DNA of 64,000 nt from Chlorobiota bacterium (GCA_963711465.1 CAVQEG010000001.1:1915480-1979479), one strand, 5' to 3'; counted from the first letter of the stretch, positions 31,210 through 41,249 are shown. Numbers and translations: made by a program. Notes: generated by a model not told the origin, from the letters alone.

Positions 31210-32964
31210 TTACTTGTCGAACCAGACGCGCTTCAGTTCGTCGTAGCGCGCCATGGCATCGAGCGGATCGTCGCGCACCCAGGGCTGCAGCAGACGGTAG
31301 TGCCGCTCGTAGAACAGCGGGATCAGCGGTGCGTCGTCGACGGCGATCTGTTCGGCCTGCGCGTACAGGGCCATGCGCGCGGCCGCGTCGCTCTGCCTGA
31401 CGCCCTGCTGGAACAGCCGGTTGAACTCGGGGTTGTCGTATCGGGTGGAATTCGGGTAGCTCGCCGCAGTGTCCACCGCCGGCACCAGATCGCCGTTGAG
31501 CAGCGTCAGGTACGTCTCCACATCCGGATAGTCGCCGTACCACCGTGTGCCCCAGAACGACAGCCGACCCGACTCGGCCTGCTGGATCAACTGCGGGAAT
31601 TCGAGCTGGTGAATGCTCACCGTGATGCCCAGATTTCGCGTCAGCATCTCCTGGATCGCCGAGGCCACCTGCACCAGTCGCGGCTCACCGTAGATGTACA
31701 TCTCCACCGCCGGAAATCCCTTCCCGCCCGGATAGCCCGCATCGGCCAGCTCGCGCCGTGCCGCATCAGGATCGTAGGCGAGTCCGTGCACCGAATCCGA
31801 CGGATACCCCGGGAACACCGGCGGCACCAGACCGTGCTCCGCCGGTGCGTACGGCGAACCCGCCAGCACGTACCGCACGATCTTTCCCCGATCGATCGCC
31901 ATCGTGAACGCTCGCCGTACCCGCCGGTCGGTGAACGGCTCGCGCCGCACGTTGAAGTCGAAGAACCACGTCAGCATCGCCGGGACGGCCTGCATCTGAA
32001 ACCTGTCGTACGGCGGCACCGCCGCGTTCTTCGCCGGATCGTAAACCTCGGGGAACTTCTCGGTGGGAATGTTGTAGGATTCGTCCAGGTGCCCCTGCTC
32101 GAATTCCACCAGCTGCACGTTGTCCTGCTTGATGAACAGGAAGCGGATCGCGTCGAGGAACGGCAGCTGGTTACCGAATTCGTCGTGGCCCCAGTAGTCG
32201 GGATTGCGCTCCAGGACGATCTGCTCGCCCGGCGTCCAGCTCTTGAATACGAACGCTCCGGTGCCGACCGGATGCTGGAAGAAATTGTCCCCGTAGTGCT
32301 CCACCGCTTCGTGCGGCACCACTGAACCGAGCGCATTGACCAGGTAGTAAACGAACGGAGCGTAGGGCGCCAGAAGCTGAATCTGAAACGTCGAATCGTT
32401 CACCACCCGGAATCCGTCCACGCCGTCGGGTCCTCCGCTGCCGCCCTCGGCCCGCGCCCTGTTGTACTCGGTCGCGCCGACCACCTTGTCCTTGAACGCC
32501 CAGAAGGCGACGGTGTGCGCCTTCGGATCGCAACAGCGCGTCAGCGAATACTTGACGTCCGCTGCGGTCATGCGCCGTCCCTTGCCGCGGGGGAACGACT
32601 CGTCGTCCTGAAATCGAACGTCGGTGCGGAGGTGGAAGGTGTAGGTGCGCCCACTGTCGCTGATCTCAGGAAGCGCCCGGGCCAGCTCGGGAATGAGCGT
32701 GAGGTTGGAATCCAGATCCAGCAGCCGGTCGAACACCTGGGAGGAGATGTCGTCGGCGTGCTTCGAATTGATCAGCACCGGATCGAGTCCGTTCGGATCG
32801 CCCCGAAGCACGTTGGCCGTGTAGGTGCCGCCGTACTTCTTCCCCCCCTTCGCCGATCGCATCGTCGCAGTGCCGCCAGAATCGCCGCACCCGATGAGGA
32901 TGGCTCCGGTGACTGCGAGAAACAACAATCGAATGCCGGCGGTGGTGCGTGCGGATCGGGTCAT
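31210..32964 (-). CDS. ABC transporter peptide/nickel-type substrate-binding lipoprotein (family 5)
   Basis: Lipobox LIGC; GLDP, FHLRTDVRFQD, PVGTGAF, VRRAFTMAIDR, YDPDAARRELADAGY; start at 32964. Confidence 0.92.
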   Translation of the reverse strand: MTRSARTTAGIRLLFLAVTGAILIGCGDSGGTATMRSAKGGKKYGGTYTANVLRGDPNGLDPVLINSKHADDISSQVFDRLLDLDSNLTLIPELARALPEISDSGRTYTFHLRTDVRFQDDESFPRGKGRRMTAADVKYSLTRCCDPKAHTVAFWAFKDKVVGATEYNRARAEGGSGGPDGVDGFRVVNDSTFQIQLLAPYAPFVYYLVNALGSVVPHEAVEHYGDNFFQHPVGTGAFVFKSWTPGEQIVLERNPDYWGHDEFGNQLPFLDAIRFLFIKQDNVQLVEFEQGHLDESYNIPTEKFPEVYDPAKNAAVPPYDRFQMQAVPAMLTWFFDFNVRREPFTDRRVRRAFTMAIDRGKIVRYVLAGSPYAPAEHGLVPPVFPGYPSDSVHGLAYDPDAARRELADAGYPGGKGFPAVEMYIYGEPRLVQVASAIQEMLTRNLGITVSIHQLEFPQLIQQAESGRLSFWGTRWYGDYPDVETYLTLLNGDLVPAVDTAASYPNSTRYDNPEFNRLFQQGVRQSDAAARMALYAQAEQIAVDDAPLIPLFYERHYRLLQPWVRDDPLDAMARYDELKRVWFDK

Positions 32965-33030
32965 TGGGCTGGGTCGTGAGGTCGCTGAAGGATGGCGGCC
33001 GAACCGATGGCGATGTGGCTGAGTCGTGGG

Positions 33031-33104
33031 TCGGGGAGGCCGGATTCGAACCGACGACCTTCTGCTCCCAAAGCAGACGCGATACCTGGCTACGCTACTC
33101 CCCG
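33031..33104 (-). tRNA. tRNA-Pro(TGG)
   Basis: CGGGGAGTAGCGTAGCCAGGTATCGCGTCTGCTTTGGGAGCAGAAGGTCGTCGGTTCGAATCCGGCCTCCCCGA folds as a cloverleaf; anticodon TGG; CCA not encoded. Confidence 0.96.
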
Positions 33105-33198
33105 TGACGACCGGACTGCGGCAGCGACGCGTGCCGGTCGACGAATCGGACAAACTACGAATTCCCATCCGAGCCGCATGCGCCCGAACGCACCACCA

Positions 33199-34266
33199 CT
33201 ACTTCTTCGCCAGCTGCTTCTTGAGGTTCTCGATCACGGGAACGGGACTCGGATCGACGCCGTTCATCACGGCCAGGTAGTAGCTGACCCAGTCTCCGAG
33301 GTGAATCAGGGAGAACATGCGCGCCAGGCGGGAAGTTCCCTGCGACTTCACCTGGTGAACCGCGCCGGCAGTGCGTCCGATGATGCGACGCGTGATGTCG
33401 ATGCGTGTCGAGATCCGCGGATGATCCTCGACGTCGCGCAGGAAGACCGCCTCGAAGCTGCCGACCAGGTTCTCCGGATGCGTCCAGCCGTTGATCTCGT
33501 TGTGGTTCATCTCCGGCAGCAGATTGCCGAAGGCGAGGTGCTTCGCGTTCTCCTGCATCTGTCCGCGCCAGCGGAGGTTGACGGTGTCGAGCAGGTCGTG
33601 CGACGAATAGATGACGGGCACCGAGCCGCTGATCTTCTCGGCGAGCGCCCATGCCGGGTTGGAGGACTTCGGTCCGGCGCCGTACTTCTTCGACAATCGA
33701 CGTACGAGCGCGACGGTCTCATCGATCCCCTCTTCGGTGGCAGAGGCGACGGACTCGCCGAAGATCCGGGAGCCGATCGCCAGTGCGACGACGAGCGGAA
33801 AGAAGCTGTAACCGAGGGCGGCGCGCGGCTGCAGTCCGGCCGGAACGGAGATCCGGCGGTGTCCATTCGTCTCGGCGCGACGGCCGAGTTCGCCGCCGGT
33901 GGTGATCACCAGCACGGCGCCGGCGGCGGAGCGCGCGGCCTCGTATGCGTCGAGCGTCTCCTCGGTATTGCCGCTGTAGCTGCTGGCGACCACGAGCGTT
34001 CTGCGATCGACGTGCGGAGGGCGGTAGCCCCGGTTGACGATCACCTCCACGTCATTGTCCTCGAAGCTCGAGACGTAGCTGCGGAGCAGGTCGCCGCCGA
34101 TCGCCGAACCGCCCATGCCGAGAATGACCACCCTGCGGGATCGGGAAGCGGGCACCTTCGGCGCGCTGCGGCCGATGTCCACTCCTTCGGCGGCCTGGTC
34201 GGCGAATGCCGCAATCGCACCGTACATGTCGGAGGGATCGTGTCGGCGCAAGTCGTTGAGTTCCAT
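33199..34266 (-). CDS. Bifunctional phosphoglucose/phosphomannose isomerase (SIS type)
   Basis: GMGGSAIGGD, SSYSGNTEET, QPRAALGY, QENAK, PEMNHNEINGW, VDPSPVPVIENLK. Confidence 0.93.
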   Translation of the reverse strand: MELNDLRRHDPSDMYGAIAAFADQAAEGVDIGRSAPKVPASRSRRVVILGMGGSAIGGDLLRSYVSSFEDNDVEVIVNRGYRPPHVDRRTLVVASSYSGNTEETLDAYEAARSAAGAVLVITTGGELGRRAETNGHRRISVPAGLQPRAALGYSFFPLVVALAIGSRIFGESVASATEEGIDETVALVRRLSKKYGAGPKSSNPAWALAEKISGSVPVIYSSHDLLDTVNLRWRGQMQENAKHLAFGNLLPEMNHNEINGWTHPENLVGSFEAVFLRDVEDHPRISTRIDITRRIIGRTAGAVHQVKSQGTSRLARMFSLIHLGDWVSYYLAVMNGVDPSPVPVIENLKKQLAKK

Positions 34267-34301
34267 GTGCGTCAGTTGGTTGTAGGTCCTGATGCGGCCG
34301 G

Positions 34302-34832
34302 CTACTCGATGACGGCCGCGAATCTGCCATTCTCGAGCGGCACCCGGTTGGTCGAGTCTGCGATGCCGACGAGCGTTCCGGAGAACGTGCCGGAGACCAG
34401 TCGGCCGTTTTCGAACGAGGTGATCCTCAGCTGGCCACTGCCCTCGTCGCCGGGACCGAGCACGAACGTCGTTGTATCCGAGCGCGACGTACCGCGGCGG
34501 AAGATCACCGAGTAGTCGGGCGGGCCGACGGTCGCCGGAAGCGGGTCGTGCTCGATGTCGTAGGTGAAGGTGACCTGGAGAAAGTTGTCATCCTCGGATT
34601 CGGTCGTCGTCAGCTGCGTCTGAGCCGTGATGCTGACCTGATGCGACAGCGTATCGTAGGCGCCCTTGACGAGATTGGGACCGAAGGCGACGTCGGTGCC
34701 CTGGATCGATGCTTCGAGGTATGCCTGCCCGAGGTCGGGCCCTGTCTGCTCATCGCCGCCGGTGCAGCCGGCCAGCAACAGTGTGAGAAGCACCGCGATC
34801 GCGGCGCCGGATCGTACGATGGATCGTGACAT
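34302..34832 (-). CDS. Lipoprotein (DUF6252-like beta-sandwich)
   Basis: Lipobox LAGC; LEASIQG..F, LRITSF..VSGTFSGTL..LENGRF. Confidence 0.65.
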   Translation of the reverse strand: MSRSIVRSGAAIAVLLTLLLAGCTGGDEQTGPDLGQAYLEASIQGTDVAFGPNLVKGAYDTLSHQVSITAQTQLTTTESEDDNFLQVTFTYDIEHDPLPATVGPPDYSVIFRRGTSRSDTTTFVLGPGDEGSGQLRITSFENGRLVSGTFSGTLVGIADSTNRVPLENGRFAAVIE

Positions 34833-34906
34833 GATTCTGCGTTCGTCTGGTGGTACAAGCCTCTGTACCAACGAGCGCAAGAACCATGCAAGAGCGGTCG
34901 GGGGAC

Positions 34907-35179
34907 TCAGACGACAGCGCGTGCGATGAGAATGGAGGCGGGGGCATCGCCGGTGTTGTCGATGGTATGGACGGTACCGGCCGGCAGCAGCACCTCCTCG
35001 CCGGGATCCGGACAGCGTGTGATACCACCGACGTCGATTTCCACGTCGCCGTCGAGCACGACGATCATTTCGTCGATCGGATGCACCGCATCGGTCCGGA
35101 CGCGTCCGGTCGCCAGGACACGCTCGACCACTTCGAATCCGCGCTGCTCCAGCGTGTTCTCGATCTCTGCTACGTTCAT
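34907..35179 (-). CDS. Small cupin domain protein
   Basis: HPIDEMIVVLDG..PGEEVLLPAGTVHTIDN; GGAGG upstream of ATG 35179 (alternative start 35194). Confidence 0.8.
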   Translation of the reverse strand: MNVAEIENTLEQRGFEVVERVLATGRVRTDAVHPIDEMIVVLDGDVEIDVGGITRCPDPGEEVLLPAGTVHTIDNTGDAPASILIARAVV

Positions 35180-35218
35180 CTCACCTCCCTCCATGTCGTG
35201 TTCACGCCTGTAGTTGAA

Positions 35219-35998
35219 TCATTCCTCTTCGTCACCGAGTACGATCACGTCGCCGAAATCGGTTGCTGCGATGGCGCGGTCGCACAGCTGTTCGTCGACG
35301 ATCAGCCGCTCGAAGTCGGCATCGTGGAACTCGGCGAACGGGAGTTCGTCGGTGCGGTTCTCGAGCACGAATGTGAACGCACTCGAAAGGGCGGTGCGCA
35401 GGTCCTCGTTCTCGAGATCCTCGGGCTCCCACACCATCCGTGCCCAATAGAACCGTTCGGCCTCGATGCGATCGTACGGGTAATCGTACGCGTAGCAGTC
35501 GAGATCCTCGCGTTCGAAGATCGTCTCGTGCGGCATGATGGTGCTGTCGAGCAGGAACGTGCCGACCTGATAGAAGGTGCCTTCGGCCTCCTCGAACGCA
35601 TCGTCGGAGTCATCCGCGGCGGCACCATTGAGCTCGGAGCCCGACTCCCGGTCGTCACGGTCGTGCTCCAGCACCTGATCGTAGTCCTCGGGGTTCGTAT
35701 CCTCGACATCCTCGCCTGCCTCGAGCGCCGACGCCTCTGCCATGTGGAAGGTGAGGAACCACCATCGACCGACGGTCATCACCAGGTCTTCGAGCTCCGA
35801 CGGCGCGGTAACGACCGTCGCCCTGCCGAGCTGGACGACCTCACCGCCTCGAGCGACCATCTCGCGCATCAGCGCGAATGCGGCCGCAGCGTACTCCGGC
35901 GCCACGAACGACTCTGAAATTCGATCGAGCGTCAGCTCCGGGTCCGACAGCTCGGGAAACATCTTCTCGAGCTCGGCCTGCGTGTAGTTTCTGGTCAT
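35219..35998 (-). CDS. Highly acidic hypothetical protein
   Basis: Co-oriented with ogg; about a quarter of residues D/E; start 35998 or 36040. Confidence 0.7.
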   Translation of the reverse strand: MTRNYTQAELEKMFPELSDPELTLDRISESFVAPEYAAAAFALMREMVARGGEVVQLGRATVVTAPSELEDLVMTVGRWWFLTFHMAEASALEAGEDVEDTNPEDYDQVLEHDRDDRESGSELNGAAADDSDDAFEEAEGTFYQVGTFLLDSTIMPHETIFEREDLDCYAYDYPYDRIEAERFYWARMVWEPEDLENEDLRTALSSAFTFVLENRTDELPFAEFHDADFERLIVDEQLCDRAIAATDFGDVIVLGDEEE

Positions 35999-36039
35999 GA
36001 CATCAAGAGTGGTTGAAGAATCGGAAATGCGCGTGTGCA

Positions 36040-36681
36040 CTACTTGCGGACGGAGCCTTCCTCAAGACTCCAGATCAGCAGATCGAGCTCCTGCAGACGA
36101 AGGCCGAAGCGTCGCGCGAGGTCTGCGAATGATGACTCGAGCTCGAAATACGCACGTCGCGTGCCAATGGATTTCGGTACCGCCGTCAGTGCCCCGAGGC
36201 GAACCATGTGCTTGAGAATGTGCCGGTCGATGATGGCAAGCTCGAGGTGGCCGATGTTTCGAAGCACGTGCGACGCCTCCTTCCACCCGAGTCCGCCGAC
36301 GTTGCCCACCAGCCACTCGCGACGCGACGGTGCGTCGAGCGCGGGGTCGACGAGCATTGCGAGGATGGAGGCCTCGGCATCGGCGGCTTCGAGTAGTCGG
36401 CGTGCCTTCTGATTGTGAAATCGGATGTAGTGCAGCGGATCGCGGAGGATCGGCGAAGGATCGAATCGTCGCTCCAGAAACCTCGCGCCTCGAAGTCGCT
36501 CGACCGCCAGCTCGGCGTTGCTTGCCCGTGACTGCGGCGTGAGGAGGCAGTAGAAGAGCTCCCAAATATATTCTTCCGTTCGGACCGACCGAAACTCCGC
36601 GAGCCGCGAGCGGATCGCCTCGGCGTGCGTCCGCCAGTGCTCCTCGTACGCCGGCGGAAGGCCCCGTGGTGTATCTTCCAT
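36040..36681 (-). CDS. ogg: 8-oxoguanine DNA glycosylase/AP lyase (Ogg2, archaeal/Thermotoga type)
   Basis: ELFYCLLT, RFHNQKA, GLGWKEASHVLRNIG, AIIDRHIL, LDLLIW, C-terminal Lys. Confidence 0.9.
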   Translation of the reverse strand: MEDTPRGLPPAYEEHWRTHAEAIRSRLAEFRSVRTEEYIWELFYCLLTPQSRASNAELAVERLRGARFLERRFDPSPILRDPLHYIRFHNQKARRLLEAADAEASILAMLVDPALDAPSRREWLVGNVGGLGWKEASHVLRNIGHLELAIIDRHILKHMVRLGALTAVPKSIGTRRAYFELESSFADLARRFGLRLQELDLLIWSLEEGSVRK

Positions 36682-36777
36682 GCGCCTGTGTGTTCAGCAG
36701 TTGCGTCTCCGGGAATCGACGACCGACTGCCATCGCCGGTCCCGACGCCGGCACGTCCACTCACGTTCCACGCTCCC

Positions 36778-37806
36778 ATGCCCGTTGCCACGACGTCCGA
36801 TGCCATCGCCGCCGCAGTCGACCGACTGGTCGAATCCTGGTGCCGACGCCATCGCCCCGAATCGATGTCGACCGACTGGGGCCAGTCACTGCTCGCCTAC
36901 GGTCTGCTCGCCGCCACGCGCGCCACCGGCAACGCCGACGCCCGCGAATACCTCCGCCGCTGGCTCACCTACCACCTCGGTGCCGGTGTCCACGTCACCT
37001 ACTTCGTCGGCTCCTGGTCGATCGGCCTGCTCTTCCCCGACGTCGTCGAGACATTCGCAGAGTTCGCACACCCCCTCCGCGCGCTCGCCGCTCAAATCGA
37101 CGCCTTCATTCGCGACGTCGCCATCCGCAACGGCCGTGGCGTCATCCTCCACAACGTCGACCTGCCGCACGTCTACGTCGACACAATCTACTTCACTGCG
37201 CCCGTGCTGGCGAAGATTTCGCGTACGCTCGGCCGCGACGACTGGAGCCACGAGGCCATGCGCCAGCTCGGAATGCACCTGGATGTCCTACGCGATGCGT
37301 CCGGATTCTCCATCCATTGTCAGGAGAATCGCTCCGGTCATCGGTCCGAAGGTGCCTGGGCCCGCGGTAATGGCTGGGTGATGATGACCTGCGCCGAACT
37401 CCTGCAACTGCTTCGGCCGGACTCCGCCGAACGCCGCGACGTCGCCGCCACCCTCGCCACGCTGTCGACCGCACTGCTGCCGTTTCAGACCGAACAGGGT
37501 CTGTGGCGCACGCTCATCGACGACCCCGACAGCTACGAAGAAACCTCCGCGTCGGCAATGTTCCTCTTCGCCATGATCCGCGGTCGCCGCGATGGCGTCC
37601 TCACCGCCGCCTTCGATGAGACCATCGACAGCGGCATCTCCGCACTCCTCGCCTCCATCGACGACACCGGTCGATTCACCGGTTGCTCGGAGGGAACGTG
37701 GCCCGGTGATCGGGCCTACTACCGTTCGCTGGATCGCGGCGAATGGTGGTGGGGTACCGGCGCGGCCCTGCTCGCCCTCTGCGCAGCCCTCCCTTCGGAC
37801 CGATGA
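36778..37806 (+). CDS. Glycoside hydrolase family 105/88 (unsaturated glycuronyl hydrolase)
   Basis: DWGQ, YVDTIY, WARGNGW, GLWRTL, YEETSASAMF, WGTGA. Confidence 0.85.
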   Translation: MPVATTSDAIAAAVDRLVESWCRRHRPESMSTDWGQSLLAYGLLAATRATGNADAREYLRRWLTYHLGAGVHVTYFVGSWSIGLLFPDVVETFAEFAHPLRALAAQIDAFIRDVAIRNGRGVILHNVDLPHVYVDTIYFTAPVLAKISRTLGRDDWSHEAMRQLGMHLDVLRDASGFSIHCQENRSGHRSEGAWARGNGWVMMTCAELLQLLRPDSAERRDVAATLATLSTALLPFQTEQGLWRTLIDDPDSYEETSASAMFLFAMIRGRRDGVLTAAFDETIDSGISALLASIDDTGRFTGCSEGTWPGDRAYYRSLDRGEWWWGTGAALLALCAALPSDR

Positions 37807-38699
37807 ACGGCACCCCGCAGCTCGTTTCCATCGGCGAATGCCTCGTCGAATTTTCCGCCCGCAGTGACCGCGCGTGGGACGCCCGCTGGGCCGGCGATGC
37901 CGTCAACGTCCTCTTCTACGCCTCGCGCCTCGGACTGTCCTCCGGTCTCGTCTCCTGCATCGGCGAGGATCTCTTCGCTCCGATGATCCGCAGTGGCCTC
38001 CGCGCCGAATCGATCGATACCTCGCAGATGCTCGACGTCCCTGAACGGAACAACGGTCTGTACTTCATCGAACTCGACGACGAGGGCGAATATTCCTACC
38101 ACTACTGGCGTCGCGATTCGGCCGCCACCCAGACGCTCATCCGACACGATGAGGACGCACTGATCGACTACCTCGCCGATGCACGGTACGTCTTCTTCAG
38201 TGGCATCACCCTCGCTATCCTGCAGGATCCTCATCGGCTCACCGCGCTGCTCGACCGACTCAACGGCGATACCGTCGTCGCCTTCGACACCAACTATCGC
38301 CCCCGATTGTGGAGTTCGCTCGATACCTATCGACGGAGCGTCTTCGATGTGATGCCGTTCGTGAACCTCTTCCTTCCGTCACGCCCCGATCTCGAGGCCG
38401 CATTCGACCGTAGCGAGATCGACGAACTGGTCCGGCGCTCCGACATGACGGTGATGAAGCTCGGCGCCCGAGGCTGCGAATTCCGCTGCGCCGAGGACCA
38501 CGCCACAGTAGCCGCAATGCCCATCGCCGGTGTGGTCGACGCCAGCGGCGCCGGTGATTCCTTCAACGCCGGTCTGCTCGCCGCGCTCGCACGTGGCGCC
38601 TCCCTCTCCGATGCCTGCCGGCTCGCGTCGCGCGTCGCCGCACACGTGCTCGGCGTGCGCGGTGCGATCTCCACTTCGTTCTCCGAGGACGTCATCTGA
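37803..38699 (+). CDS. PfkB family sugar kinase (2-keto-3-deoxygluconate kinase-like)
   Basis: IGECLVE, AGDAVN, GLYFIE..GE..YWRRDSAA, FDTNYRPRLW, VDASGAGDSFNAG; ATGA overlap with GH105. Confidence 0.88.
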   Translation: MNGTPQLVSIGECLVEFSARSDRAWDARWAGDAVNVLFYASRLGLSSGLVSCIGEDLFAPMIRSGLRAESIDTSQMLDVPERNNGLYFIELDDEGEYSYHYWRRDSAATQTLIRHDEDALIDYLADARYVFFSGITLAILQDPHRLTALLDRLNGDTVVAFDTNYRPRLWSSLDTYRRSVFDVMPFVNLFLPSRPDLEAAFDRSEIDELVRRSDMTVMKLGARGCEFRCAEDHATVAAMPIAGVVDASGAGDSFNAGLLAALARGASLSDACRLASRVAAHVLGVRGAISTSFSEDVI

Positions 38700-38756
38700 G
38701 ACGCCGCCGTCGGCGGCCGATTCGCATTTCCCCTGCCCCACGTTCATGCTTCCGCT

Positions 38757-41249
38757 ATGAGTCTGCATCTCCACATGGTCGGCAACGCCCACCTCGATCC
38801 CGCCTGGATGTGGCAGTGGGGCGAGGGCGTCGAGGCATTCCTGGCGACCGTACGCTCGGCCCTGGATCGAATTCGTGAAACCGATCAGTTCGTGTTCACC
38901 TGCAGCTCCGCTGCGCACTACAGATGGATCCAACGGCTGGAACCCGAGCTGTTCGAAGAGGTTCGCCGCCGTGTCCGCGAGGGTCGCTGGGCAGTCGTCG
39001 GCGGCTGGTGGGTGCAGGCCGACTGCAACCTTCCTTCCGGCGAGGGATTCATCCGCCAGGCGCTGCTGGCGCAGCGCTACTTCCACCGCCACTTCGGGAT
39101 GACCGCCAGAACCGGTTACTCGCCCGACGCCTTCGGCCACAACCTCGGCCTGCCGCAGCTGCTGCGCGAATCCGGTATGGACCGCTACGTCTTCTGCCGA
39201 CCCGATCCCACCGAACTCGCGCTCCGCTCCCCCCTCTTCCGCTGGATCGGCGCGGCCGGTGCGGAGGTCCTCGCCTACCGCGTGCCGCTGCACTACAACA
39301 TGTACGAGACGAGCGTGCCGAAGAAGGTGCGCGACATCGAAGAAGCATTCGATCGCCCGTCGGATCTCGCCGATCGGCCTCTGCACGACTACGGCGAGCA
39401 GTGGGCGCTCTTCTATGGTGTGGGAAATCACGGCGGAGGTCCGACGCGCGAACACATCGCGCAGATCCTCGAACTCGACGCGCGCCAGGACGCACCGGCA
39501 CTCCTCTTCAGCGACCCGGATCGTTTCTTCGACAGCGTCTCGGAGGAACGCCTCCAACGTCTGCCCGAGCACCGCGACGATCTGCAGATCGACGCACCGG
39601 GATGTTACTCCGCCCACTCACAGGTGAAGGCACTCAACCGGCGGTGTGAATTCGCCCTCCTCTCCGCCGAGCGATTCTCGGCGATGGCCGCACTGCTTCT
39701 CGACACGCCGTACGACGTCGAATCGCTCAGCCGGGCGTGGGAGGACGTCTGCTTCAACCACTTCCACGACATCCTGTGCGGCGTGGCGATTCGCGAGGCG
39801 CTTGCCGACGCGATCGACATGTACGGTCGTGCACGCGCCATCGCCATCGAGGCGCAGCGCTTCGCGCGAATTCGAATTGCACGCGCCGTCGACACGCGAG
39901 GCCCCGGTCAGACGGTGGTCGTATTCAACCCCCACGCGTTCGAGCTGCACGCCCCGGTGCGCTTCGAGCTCTGGCACGACATCGACAAATCGCTCTGGAC
40001 GGAGCCGGTCGACATCACGGTGACCGACGACGATGGCCGCGAGCTCGCGACGCAGGGCGGCTGGACGTCGGGTAAGATCGGACGCGACCGTGTGGCCGCA
40101 ACGTTCCCGGCGCATCTGCCCGCGCTCGGCTGGCGGTGTTACCGCGTCCACTATGGCCGACCCTGTACGATCGCGACGCCGCCGGCGCCGGGTCCCGGCG
40201 TACTGCAGAACGAATTCCTCCGGGTCGAGGTGTCCGATCGAACCGGAGCGCTGCGGAGCATCGTGCGGCGCGACACCGGAGAAGAGCTGCTCTCGGGCGA
40301 GGCGGGCGCGGCGATCGCCATGGACGATGCCACCGACACGTGGGGACATGGCGTGGAGCGTTTCGATGGTGTGATCGGACGATTCTCCGCGGCGGAGGTC
40401 CGCACGGTCGAACACGGGCCGGTCCGCTCGACCATACGCTCGGTGAGCCGCTGGCGCGAATCCTGGGTTCAGCAGGAGATTCGACTCTACCAAAACCGAC
40501 GCGACATCGAGGTGGACGTGACGGTCTTCTGGGCGGAGCACCACGTGATGCTGAAGCTCGACTTTCCGACGACGCTCACCTCGGCGACGGCGCGCTACCA
40601 GAGCGCGTACTGCGTGACGCCCAAGCCATGCGACGGTCGCGAGCGACCGGGCGGTTCGTGGGCGGTGATCGCGGGGACGGGCGGTTCGTTTGGAATCGCG
40701 AACGACTCGAAGCACTCCTACAGCGCGTCACTCGACGCGAGCGGGCGGGCCGCGCTGCAGTTGACGGTGCTGCGATCGCCGAGCTTCGCGACGCACGACC
40801 CGCATCCGTTCGATCCGGACGAGGACCTCGACTATCTCGATCAGGGGATGCAGCGCTTCGGCTACGTGATCGTTCCCTTCGATGCCGAAGACGAGCGAAT
40901 GACGCGCACCGCGATGGTCGTTGACACCCCGATCGAGCCCGTTCTCGAATCCGCACACGCGGGCCGAGGTCTGGGGCGTTCGTATAGCGGCGCGGCGATC
41001 ACTCCCGAGACCGTCCTGCTCACGACCCTCAAGCGCTCGGAGGACGACGACGCGTGGATCGTCCGCCTGTTCGAATCCAGTGGTCACGAGTGTGAAGCCG
41101 AGATCGAACTCCCGCTGCTGCACGCGTCGTGGCGCTCGACGTTCCGACCCCATGAAGTGCAGACCTGGAGGATCGCCGAGGGAGTGGCGCGACGCGTGCT
41201 GGCGACCGAGTTCGATGCGCCGGATCGAGTCGATCGCCCCAGCGGTTGA
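38757..41249 (+). CDS. Alpha-mannosidase, glycoside hydrolase family 38
   Basis: GNAHLDPAWMW, GGWWVQADCNLPSGE, PDAFGH, YGVGNHGGGPT, HFHDILCG. Confidence 0.92.
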   Translation: MSLHLHMVGNAHLDPAWMWQWGEGVEAFLATVRSALDRIRETDQFVFTCSSAAHYRWIQRLEPELFEEVRRRVREGRWAVVGGWWVQADCNLPSGEGFIRQALLAQRYFHRHFGMTARTGYSPDAFGHNLGLPQLLRESGMDRYVFCRPDPTELALRSPLFRWIGAAGAEVLAYRVPLHYNMYETSVPKKVRDIEEAFDRPSDLADRPLHDYGEQWALFYGVGNHGGGPTREHIAQILELDARQDAPALLFSDPDRFFDSVSEERLQRLPEHRDDLQIDAPGCYSAHSQVKALNRRCEFALLSAERFSAMAALLLDTPYDVESLSRAWEDVCFNHFHDILCGVAIREALADAIDMYGRARAIAIEAQRFARIRIARAVDTRGPGQTVVVFNPHAFELHAPVRFELWHDIDKSLWTEPVDITVTDDDGRELATQGGWTSGKIGRDRVAATFPAHLPALGWRCYRVHYGRPCTIATPPAPGPGVLQNEFLRVEVSDRTGALRSIVRRDTGEELLSGEAGAAIAMDDATDTWGHGVERFDGVIGRFSAAEVRTVEHGPVRSTIRSVSRWRESWVQQEIRLYQNRRDIEVDVTVFWAEHHVMLKLDFPTTLTSATARYQSAYCVTPKPCDGRERPGGSWAVIAGTGGSFGIANDSKHSYSASLDASGRAALQLTVLRSPSFATHDPHPFDPDEDLDYLDQGMQRFGYVIVPFDAEDERMTRTAMVVDTPIEPVLESAHAGRGLGRSYSGAAITPETVLLTTLKRSEDDDAWIVRLFESSGHECEAEIELPLLHASWRSTFRPHEVQTWRIAEGVARRVLATEFDAPDRVDRPSG

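Noticed and set aside
33031-33104. tRNA-Pro as an integration site for a genomic island
   Set aside because: No integrase and no duplicated tRNA 3' end seen; a short match in carB near 4890 looks coincidental
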